A stretch of 25,189 bases of DNA from Acutalibacteraceae bacterium. GTDB taxonomy: Bacteria > Bacillota > Clostridia > Oscillospirales > Acutalibacteraceae. The stretch's first letter is position 1. The number at the start of each line of letters is the position of its first letter. The notes below the pieces were generated by a model. The model ran no database searches. It saw only the letters and a list, made by a program, of their open reading frames with translations, and was not told where the DNA came from. The translations under genes were made by a program, and so were the position numbers. The stretch is from positions 1-25,189 of the forward strand of contig JAZSHG010000255.1 in the NCBI GenBank assembly GCA_045533135.1, in the 5' to 3' direction. Below, one piece after another: positions 8,647-15,393 of this stretch.

Positions 8647-8665
8647 AAAAGATCTCGATTATAAT
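8637..8665 (+). promoter_or_regulatory. Putative sigma-A promoter for rhaB-rhaA
   Basis: TTGCTT (8637-8642), 17 bp, TATAAT (8660-8665). Confidence 0.65.
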
Positions 8666-8708
8666 GTATTTGTGTTTCTATGCATTTTTCATGAAAGGAC
8701 TGATAATC

Positions 8709-10106
8709 ATGTCAAATTTGTATTTAGCAGTTGATATTGGTGCTTCGAGCGGCCGCCATATGCTGGCTTGGATCGAAGACGGCAAAATCAAATTGGAAGA
8801 AGTTTGGCGTTTTGAGAACAAGCTCGTCAACAAAAACGGACATCTTTGCTGGGATGCCGAGTATCTCTTCGGCGAGATTCTCGCCGGTCTCAAACACTGC
8901 AAAGAAATCGGTCGTGTCCCCAGCTATATGGGTATCGACACGTGGGGCGTGGACTTTGCCCTGCTGGATAAAGACGGCAACCGCATTGGTGATACTGTTG
9001 CCTATCGCGATAGCCGCACAAACGGTATGGATGCCGAGCTGTACAAAGATATCGAAGAGGCGGAACTGTATGCACGCACCGGCATCCAAAAGCAGCTGTT
9101 CAATACGGTATATCAGCTTAAAGCTTTGTTGCTCACGCAACCTGAATTGTTGGATAAAGCAGAGCGTCTCTTGATGCTTCCCGACTATTTCCACTATCTG
9201 CTCACCGGTGTGATGATCAACGAATATACGAACGCCACCACCGGTCAGCTGGTCAACGCTACCACCAATGATTGGGATTATGAACTGATGGAGCGTGTTG
9301 GCATTCCCACGCGTCTGTTTGGCGAATTGAAACTGCCCGGTACCACTGTGGGCAACTTCTCTGAGAAAATTGCGAACGAGGTCGGTTTTGATTGCACCGT
9401 CATCCTCCCTGCCACACACGATACCGGTTCTGCCGTTGCCGCTGTGCCGGCTACTGATGATGACTTCTTGTACATAAGCTCCGGCACCTGGTCTTTGATC
9501 GGCGCCGAGCGCAAGGAAGCCAACTGCTCCGAAGAAAGCCGCCTTTGCAACTTCACCAACGAAGGTGGTGTGGAATATCGTTATCGCTACCTCAAAAACA
9601 TCATGGGCTTGTGGATGATTCAGTCCATTCGCCGCGAGTATAACAAGGTGTATAGCTTTAGCGATATCGCCCGTCTGGCCGAAGAAGCCACGATTGCTTC
9701 TGTCATTGACGTGAACGATCCTCGTTTCACCATGCCTGACAGCATGATCGAAGCTGTGCGTAGCCTGTGCGCTGAAACCAATCAGCAAGTGCCCGAAACT
9801 GTGGGCGAGGTCGCTCGCGTGATCTATATCGGTTTGGCCAAATGCTACGGCGAAGCTGTGCGCGGTGTTGAAAAGATCACCAACCGTACCTACTCTCGTC
9901 TGCATATTGTTGGCGGCGGTTGCCAAGATGATTTCCTGAACCGCTTGACCGCCAAGTCTACCGGCTTGGATGTATACGCCGGTCCTATTGAAGCCACCGC
10001 GCTTGGCAACCTGGCCGTACAGATGATGGCCACCGGTGTGTTTGCCACTTTGGAAGATGCGCGTGATACCATTGCGCGTTCCTTTGATGTTCGCAAGGTA
10101 AATTAA
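8709..10106 (+). CDS. rhaB: Rhamnulokinase (FGGY family)
   Basis: YLAVDIGASSGRH, GIDTWGVDF, YRDSRT, PATHDTGSAV, ISSGTWSL, RYLKNIMGLW and GPIEATALGN. ATG at 8709 follows RBS GAAAGGA. Adjacent to rhaA. Confidence 0.92.
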   Translation: MSNLYLAVDIGASSGRHMLAWIEDGKIKLEEVWRFENKLVNKNGHLCWDAEYLFGEILAGLKHCKEIGRVPSYMGIDTWGVDFALLDKDGNRIGDTVAYRDSRTNGMDAELYKDIEEAELYARTGIQKQLFNTVYQLKALLLTQPELLDKAERLLMLPDYFHYLLTGVMINEYTNATTGQLVNATTNDWDYELMERVGIPTRLFGELKLPGTTVGNFSEKIANEVGFDCTVILPATHDTGSAVAAVPATDDDFLYISSGTWSLIGAERKEANCSEESRLCNFTNEGGVEYRYRYLKNIMGLWMIQSIRREYNKVYSFSDIARLAEEATIASVIDVNDPRFTMPDSMIEAVRSLCAETNQQVPETVGEVARVIYIGLAKCYGEAVRGVEKITNRTYSRLHIVGGGCQDDFLNRLTAKSTGLDVYAGPIEATALGNLAVQMMATGVFATLEDARDTIARSFDVRKVN

Positions 10107-10132
10107 AAATTATTATACAGGAGGTTTTTACT

Positions 10133-11383
10133 ATGTCTCGCTACGAATCTGCTCGCGCCAGTTATGCGGCTTTCGGTGTGGATACCGATGCGGCTATCGC
10201 GAAACTGGCAACTCTCCCTGTCTCTCTGCACTGCTGGCAGGGTGATGATGTTATCGGTTTTGACCACGACGGTCCTCTGACCGGCGGTATTCAGACCACC
10301 GGTAACTATCCCGGCAAAGCACGTACTCCCGATGAGCTGATGGCGGATATGGAGAAGGTCTTCTCCCTCTGCCCCGGCAAGAAAAAGCTCAACGTGCATG
10401 CCTGCTATGCTATTTTTGAAAATGGCGAGTTTGCTGATCGCGACAAGCTGGAGCCCAAGCACTTCCAAAAGTGGGTTGACCTTGCTAAAAAATATAACAT
10501 TGGTATCGACTTCAACCCCACCTTCTTCTCTCACCCCATGGTGAAAGACGGTCTGACCCTTTCCAGCCCCGATGAGGCTACTCGCAAATTCTGGATCGAG
10601 CACGGTAAGGCTTGCGTGCGCATATCCCAGTATTTTGCTGAACAGACCGGCGTTCCCTGCGTGATGAACATTTGGACCGGCGACGGCTTCAAAGATATTC
10701 CTGCCGACCGTATGGGTCCCCGTATGCGTTATAAGGAGTCCATCGAGGCTATTTTGGCCGAGCCGTTTGATCGCAACCTCGTGAAGCCCTGCGTGGAATC
10801 TAAGGTGTTCGGCATCGGCGTGGAATCCTTCACCGCCGGCTCTGCCGAGTTCACCCTGTCCTTTGCGGCTTCGCATGAAGGCTGCCTTCCTTTGATGGAC
10901 AACGGCCACTACCATCCCACCGAGGTGGTTTCCGACAAGATCCCCGCGCTCCTTTGCTTCTTCCCCGAGATTGCTCTGCACATCACGCGCGGCGTGCGTT
11001 GGGACTCCGACCACGTGTTGCTGTTTGATGATGAGACCAAAGAGATGGCAAAAGAGATCGTGCGTTGCAACGCGCTGGATCGCGTCTATATGGCTCTTGA
11101 CTATTTTGATGCCAGCATCAACCGTATCGCCGCCTGGACCGTTGGTTTCCGCAGCTGGCAGAAAGCTCTGCTTTCCGCTCTTTGCACTCCCAACGAGAAG
11201 CTTGCCGCTCTGCAAGATAGCGGCAAGCTCACCGAGCTGATGGTCATGCAGGAAGAGGTCAAAACACTGCCCTTTGGTGACATTTGGGAGGAGTATTGCC
11301 GTCGTGAAAACGTGCCTGCTACTTCTGCTTGGTTTGACGAGATCGTCAAATATGAGAACGAGGTTCTCGCAAAGCGTGTGTAA
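10133..11383 (+). CDS. rhaA: L-rhamnose isomerase
   Basis: SLHCWQGDDV.GF, GGIQTTGNYPGKART, DFNPTFFSHP, VESKVFGIGVES, DNGHYHPTE.VSDKI, RGVRWDSDHV and LDYFDASINRIAAW. Confidence 0.97.
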   Translation: MSRYESARASYAAFGVDTDAAIAKLATLPVSLHCWQGDDVIGFDHDGPLTGGIQTTGNYPGKARTPDELMADMEKVFSLCPGKKKLNVHACYAIFENGEFADRDKLEPKHFQKWVDLAKKYNIGIDFNPTFFSHPMVKDGLTLSSPDEATRKFWIEHGKACVRISQYFAEQTGVPCVMNIWTGDGFKDIPADRMGPRMRYKESIEAILAEPFDRNLVKPCVESKVFGIGVESFTAGSAEFTLSFAASHEGCLPLMDNGHYHPTEVVSDKIPALLCFFPEIALHITRGVRWDSDHVLLFDDETKEMAKEIVRCNALDRVYMALDYFDASINRIAAWTVGFRSWQKALLSALCTPNEKLAALQDSGKLTELMVMQEEVKTLPFGDIWEEYCRRENVPATSAWFDEIVKYENEVLAKRV

Positions 11384-11391
11384 TTAACAGC

Positions 11392-11429
11392 AAAAAAGCC
11401 TATGAGGATAAAACCTCATAGGCTTTTTT
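11392..11429. terminator. Intrinsic terminator after rhaA
   Basis: AAAAAAGCCTATGAGG (11392-11407), ATAAAA, CCTCATAGGCTTTTTT (11414-11429). Confidence 0.9.
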
Positions 11430-11430
11430 A

Positions 11431-11459
11431 TTGCAATCTTTTATTTGGGGTGCTATAAT
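11431..11459 (+). promoter_or_regulatory. Putative sigma-A promoter for the GH129-like gene
   Basis: TTGCAA (11431-11436), 17 bp, TATAAT (11454-11459), with TGn extended -10. Confidence 0.75.
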
Positions 11460-11480
11460 ATAGTTTGGCGAGGTGATAAT

Positions 11481-13325
11481 ATGTACACCATTAAAAATAA
11501 TATGATATCGGTACAAATCGATCGGTTTGGTGAGCAATTCACAGTAAAAACAGCGCACTCATCTTTCGCGAGTAACACAGATGCCCATTGTTATTATACT
11601 GACAAAGATGGGGCATTGCATTATTTTACCGAAGGTATGCCACCCAGAGTGATTGTTAGCAACGATACGCCATCGATAACCTTCGTCTATGAGCACTTTT
11701 CTCTTATTTACACTTTAAACGCTTGCCTTTCCCTTACACTGCAACCAAATGATAGCGACAATAGTATCCAAGACATATGTTGGCCTGCACCAATTAAACA
11801 GGCCTTCTCCCCTGATGCCTATGCCGTTTTACCGATTATGCAAGGTATGTTGATCTTGGACCGCGAAGGTGAGGCACACAACGTGTTTGATGGCTCCTAT
11901 GCAGGGCGCGATTTCACTATGCCTTGGTGGGGACAGGTCAGCAAGAGCGGTAGCTATATGGCGTTTACAGATACGCCGTATGATGCTTGTTGCTTATATG
12001 ATCACTATATGAATGAGAGCACTACCGTAAGAATTAAATGGCGCGCTTCACTGGGGAAAATTGGCTACACACGCCAATTGTATCTTCGTTTTTTTGATGA
12101 TGAGGTCAGTTATTTGGATTTTTGCCACCTGTACCGCGAGCAGCTTGAAAACGATGATGCGATCGTATCACTCACTCAAAAAGCCAAAGCTAACCCAAAT
12201 CTCAACACTATGCCCGGTCGACCTGTATTAACCCCTCCCATGATCCACTATAAAATTGAACCGGAAAGCAGCTACTATAACCACCAAAACCCCGATAAAA
12301 ACACAGGTACCACCACCTTTAACGATGTAGCACTCGCGCTCAAAAGCAGCAAACAGCGCGGCATTGACAAGGCATACGTTCATATTGATGGGTGGAGCTT
12401 GGGTGGATATGATAACCTTTTTCCTCGCGTTTTGCCCGTCAACCAGCAAGCAGGTGGCACGCAGGGGCTTGCAAAAGTGATAAAAATATGTCATGAACTG
12501 GACTATCTGCTTGTTTACCACGATCAGTATCGCGATTTTTATTTTAAGTCGCCCGATTTTAACGAATCACAATCGGTTATGCACGGAGACGGCTCTACCC
12601 ATTCTATGGAAGAAACCATCTGGTATGGTGGATATGAAACGCAACTTTGTGCAACTCAAGCACTTTCGTTCGTCAAGAGAAATTACGAAGGCTTAACTGC
12701 ACTTGGGCTCAAACCGGATGGTGCATATTTAGATGTGTTTTCCGCCTGTATTTTGGACGAATGCTTCCATCCTGATCACTCCATGACACGCAAGCAATGT
12801 GTTAAAAAACGCAAGGAATGCTTTGATTATATTCGCCAAAACGATATGATCATCAGTTCAGAGGAGTTGGTCGGTGAGTTTGCAGACTCATTAGATATCG
12901 TTCATCACGCACCGTATATATATAATTTCTTCTATGATTTGCACATTCAGCCCTTTGGCATCTGTGTGCCGCTGATCAATTTGGTATTTCACGACAGCGT
13001 GATCATTCCGTGGGGACTCGGAAACAACGTATGGGGACTTCCAAAAGGAGAGTCCGGTCTTCTGCATTGCCTGCTCAATGGAGGAACGCCATATATCGAT
13101 ACCGATGATAACGAAAGCCTGCTGGAAGACTGCAAAGTCGCCTGTCAGTTGCACGAAAGTGTCGCTTTTGAAAAAATGGTATCTCATAGCTTCATCGGTG
13201 ATTTCACAAAGCAAAAAAGCATATTCTCGAATGGTATAGAGGTCACTGTTGATTTTTCCGAAGGGTCGTATAACATCCTTTGGCCAAACAAAATATGTCA
13301 AAGTGGAAAAACGAATATAAGTTAA
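11481..13325 (+). CDS. Glycoside hydrolase family 129-like (DUF5696; alpha-N-acetylgalactosaminidase-like), no signal peptide
   Basis: MPWWGQ, HIDGWSLGGYDNLFP, HDQYRDFY, DGAYLDVFSAC..DECFHPDH.MTR..C, SSEE and PLINLVFHD motifs, as I recall them for GH129 enzymes. ATG at 11481 follows RBS GAGGTG. Confidence 0.75.
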   Translation: MYTIKNNMISVQIDRFGEQFTVKTAHSSFASNTDAHCYYTDKDGALHYFTEGMPPRVIVSNDTPSITFVYEHFSLIYTLNACLSLTLQPNDSDNSIQDICWPAPIKQAFSPDAYAVLPIMQGMLILDREGEAHNVFDGSYAGRDFTMPWWGQVSKSGSYMAFTDTPYDACCLYDHYMNESTTVRIKWRASLGKIGYTRQLYLRFFDDEVSYLDFCHLYREQLENDDAIVSLTQKAKANPNLNTMPGRPVLTPPMIHYKIEPESSYYNHQNPDKNTGTTTFNDVALALKSSKQRGIDKAYVHIDGWSLGGYDNLFPRVLPVNQQAGGTQGLAKVIKICHELDYLLVYHDQYRDFYFKSPDFNESQSVMHGDGSTHSMEETIWYGGYETQLCATQALSFVKRNYEGLTALGLKPDGAYLDVFSACILDECFHPDHSMTRKQCVKKRKECFDYIRQNDMIISSEELVGEFADSLDIVHHAPYIYNFFYDLHIQPFGICVPLINLVFHDSVIIPWGLGNNVWGLPKGESGLLHCLLNGGTPYIDTDDNESLLEDCKVACQLHESVAFEKMVSHSFIGDFTKQKSIFSNGIEVTVDFSEGSYNILWPNKICQSGKTNIS

Positions 13326-13326
13326 C

Positions 13327-13358
13327 AAAAAGCGGATAGCATTTGCTATCCGCTTTTT
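13327..13358. terminator. Bidirectional terminator between the convergent GH129-like and mscS genes
   Basis: AAAAAGCGGATAGCA (13327-13341), TT, TGCTATCCGCTTTTT (13344-13358). Confidence 0.9.
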
Positions 13359-13359
13359 C

Positions 13360-14172
13360 TCATTTATTATTTTCGCCATCGTGAATGTGTACATCGAGCT
13401 GCTTAAACGGTATTTCAATACCATTTTCTTGAAAAACAAGGCGTATACTTTCCAACAGATCAAAATAGGCAGTAAAATAATTTTGGCTCTCGCACCAGGC
13501 ACGTATAGTAATGCGCACAGCACCTTCCTCATAGCCACCTACACGCACAAACGGTTTGTCCGGCTCTTCTTTTTCAACAAGAGGATGCTTTGTTACCGTT
13601 TGCAAGGCCAAATCTTTGGCTTTCTCTACGTCTGCTTTATAAGGAATCGAAAAATTCAGCTCAAAACGACGATATTTTTCGCGAGAATAATTGACGATAT
13701 GGCTATTGATCAACACACCGTTAGGGATACTAACCTGACGACCATCAGGTGTGCGTACGGTTGTGTGCAACAAATCCACATTCAAAACAGTGCCGCCATC
13801 ACCTTCACTCTCGATGTAGTCACCGGTCACAAAACGCGGAGACACCAAGAGTAAAATACCGCCTGCAATGTTGCTTAATGAATCTTTTAAAGCAACGCCA
13901 ACGCCAACAGCAACAGCAGACAGCGCCGTTAAAAGACCGGTAGTTGAAATGCCCAGGGAGCTGAGTACCATCAGCAACAGAATAATATGCAAAATAATTT
14001 TTGCCGATTTACGAATAAACTTGATCAGCGAAGCATCCAGCGGCGAACGCGAAAGTATCTTTTTTAGAAGATACACAATGTAAACAATAACCAAATGGCC
14101 AATAACCAATATAAGCAAGGAGCTTATATACGGTTTAATAACAATCCACGCTTTTGAAAAGAACTCTTCCAA
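13360..14172 (-). CDS. mscS: Small-conductance mechanosensitive channel
   Basis: GVGVALKDSLSNIAGGILLL..PRFVTGDYIE, RTPDGRQVSIPN and VNYSR. TTG start follows RBS AGGAGG. Confidence 0.92.
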   Translation of the reverse strand: MEEFFSKAWIVIKPYISSLLILVIGHLVIVYIVYLLKKILSRSPLDASLIKFIRKSAKIILHIILLLMVLSSLGISTTGLLTALSAVAVGVGVALKDSLSNIAGGILLLVSPRFVTGDYIESEGDGGTVLNVDLLHTTVRTPDGRQVSIPNGVLINSHIVNYSREKYRRFELNFSIPYKADVEKAKDLALQTVTKHPLVEKEEPDKPFVRVGGYEEGAVRITIRAWCESQNYFTAYFDLLESIRLVFQENGIEIPFKQLDVHIHDGENNK

Positions 14173-14203
14173 GATAAAACCTCCTAAGATATCTGCACAC
14201 GCG

Positions 14204-14231
14204 AAAAAGGCTTACGGTGTCCGTAAGCCTT
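14204..14231 (-). terminator. Intrinsic terminator of the zinc-ribbon gene
   Basis: AAGGCTTACGG (14207-14217), TGT, CCGTAAGCCTT (14221-14231). On the minus strand the stem is followed by TTTTT. Confidence 0.8.
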
Positions 14232-14266
14232 AATTCACGCATCTTCTGTGAGAATGTTCCCCAGAA

Positions 14267-14545
14267 TTAGCCTTCCTGCTTCATAGCAGCAAAGCACTCG
14301 CTGCAGTACACAGGACGATCCTCACGGGGCTTGAAGGGAACTTTGCACTCTTTGCCGCAGTTAGCGCAAACGGCAGAATGCATCTCGCGCTCGGGCTTCG
14401 CAGCGTTCTTGCGCGCGTCACGACAAGCTTTGCAGCGCTGAGGCTCATTCACAAAGCCTTTCTCAGCATAGAACTCTTGCTCACCGGCGGTGAACACAAA
14501 TTCATTGCCACATTCTTTGCAAGTGAGAGTCTTGTCTTCGTACAT
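14267..14545 (-). CDS. Double zinc-ribbon protein (probable zinc-ribbon domain plus CxxC-x17-CxxC domain), 92 aa
   Basis: DKTLTCKECGNEFVFTAGEQEFYAEKGF.NEPQRCKACR and AVCANCGKECKVPFKP..DRPVYCSECF. RBS GAGG upstream. Confidence 0.92.
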   Translation of the reverse strand: MYEDKTLTCKECGNEFVFTAGEQEFYAEKGFVNEPQRCKACRDARKNAAKPEREMHSAVCANCGKECKVPFKPREDRPVYCSECFAAMKQEG

Positions 14546-14577
14546 GATGTTAACCTCGCTTTAGAAAAATAGTTTTT

Positions 14578-14640
14578 TGCCCATAGACGGACTCGCACCG
14601 ACATCTTTGAAATCAACGCTCTGCTTTAAGCTACCCGGGC
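14578..14640 (-). ncRNA. tRNA-like element with a truncated anticodon arm, in the 5' leader of the zinc-ribbon gene
   Basis: Minus strand GCCCGGG-TA-GCTT-AAAGCA-GAGC-G-TTG-ATTT-CAA-AGAT-GTCGG-TGCGAGT-CCGTC-TATGGGC-A. Hand fold gives an acceptor-like stem, D arm, 3-bp stub arm and T arm. No anticodon loop and no CCA. Confidence 0.65.
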
Positions 14641-14672
14641 ATATATAGCAAACGGAAACCCGTTATGCACAA

Positions 14673-15242
14673 TTATAAAAAGTCCTTACCAATTTTTTTG
14701 CGAATGCGTTGAAGCGCATTATCAACAGCCTTTTCGGTCACCGACAGTGTTTCGGCAATCTGCTCATACGACTGACCGTTCAAAAACAAATACAGAACAG
14801 GATACTCCAGCTCTGAAAGTCGACTTTGCAGCCAAGAGCGCAAATGCTCCGTATCCTCTTGCTTTTGCAGACGAAGCGCAGGATCCGCCTCCAACTCATC
14901 AGGAAAAGCGGCAAGATCTTCATCCGACATCGGTTCAATGTTCGTATGACGGCTACGCACCAAGGAAAGCATACGGTTGCGACTGCACACCAACGCAAAC
15001 GAGCGAAATGCTTTATTCCGTTGTGGATCAAAAGCATCAACGGCGGCTAAAAGTCCAACGAGACCCTCTTGTTCCAGATCCTCATATTCCGAAGGAGAAA
15101 CGGAGAAAAAGCGGCTTTGTGCGCGAAGCAACGGCGCATACCGTTGAACCAGCAGTGCAAATGCCAATTCATCACCGGAAGTGTAAGCGCCAACCAGTTC
15201 TTCATCTGACAAAGACTCCGTAGAATTTGCAGAGGAATACAC
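14673..15242 (-). CDS. SigH-like sigma-70 family RNA polymerase sigma factor
   Basis: Region 2 DLEQEGLVGLL.AV..FD...NKAFRSFA..C and region 4 LSELEY.VL.LFLNGQSYEQIA..L....KAVDNALQRIRKK, both characteristic of SigH. GTG at 15242 follows RBS GAGGTGG. Orthology to sporulation SigH is not established. Confidence 0.85.
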   Translation of the reverse strand: MYSSANSTESLSDEELVGAYTSGDELAFALLVQRYAPLLRAQSRFFSVSPSEYEDLEQEGLVGLLAAVDAFDPQRNKAFRSFALVCSRNRMLSLVRSRHTNIEPMSDEDLAAFPDELEADPALRLQKQEDTEHLRSWLQSRLSELEYPVLYLFLNGQSYEQIAETLSVTEKAVDNALQRIRKKIGKDFL

Positions 15243-15277
15243 GTTGCCACCTCGCACTTAGGATATGATACATAACA

Positions 15278-15306
15278 AGTTTACCTCAATTTGCGCACAT
15301 TGTCAA
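15278..15306 (-). promoter_or_regulatory. Putative sigma-A promoter for the SigH-like gene
   Basis: Minus strand: TTGACA, 17 bp, TAAACT. Confidence 0.65.
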
Positions 15307-15393
15307 GCAAAATTTACACTTTCTATAAAATATATAAAATTCGTTTAATAAATATGTGCGTTTTTCCACATATTGAGGCGAAAATAGTAGAAA

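Noticed and set aside
8724-9926. 400-aa ORF antisense to rhaB
   Set aside because: It lies fully opposite a well-supported gene, has no recognisable motif or RBS, and is the expected shadow of a GC-rich, codon-biased gene.
10103-11215. 370-aa ORF antisense to rhaA
   Set aside because: Same shadow-ORF pattern as for rhaB, with no independent evidence.
12891-13538. 215-aa minus-strand ORF
   Set aside because: It spans a bidirectional terminator and overlaps both the GH129-like gene and mscS.
14578-14640. Calling the leader element a functional tRNA gene
   Set aside because: There is no 5-bp anticodon stem or 7-nt anticodon loop, no D-loop GG, a TGC rather than TTC T-loop, and no CCA. It is reported as tRNA-like only.
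14642-14669. Alternative promoter (TGCTATATA) immediately upstream of the tRNA-like element
   Set aside because: No hexamer fits TAnnnT and the -35 is poor. If it were used, transcription would start inside the element, so end mapping is still needed.
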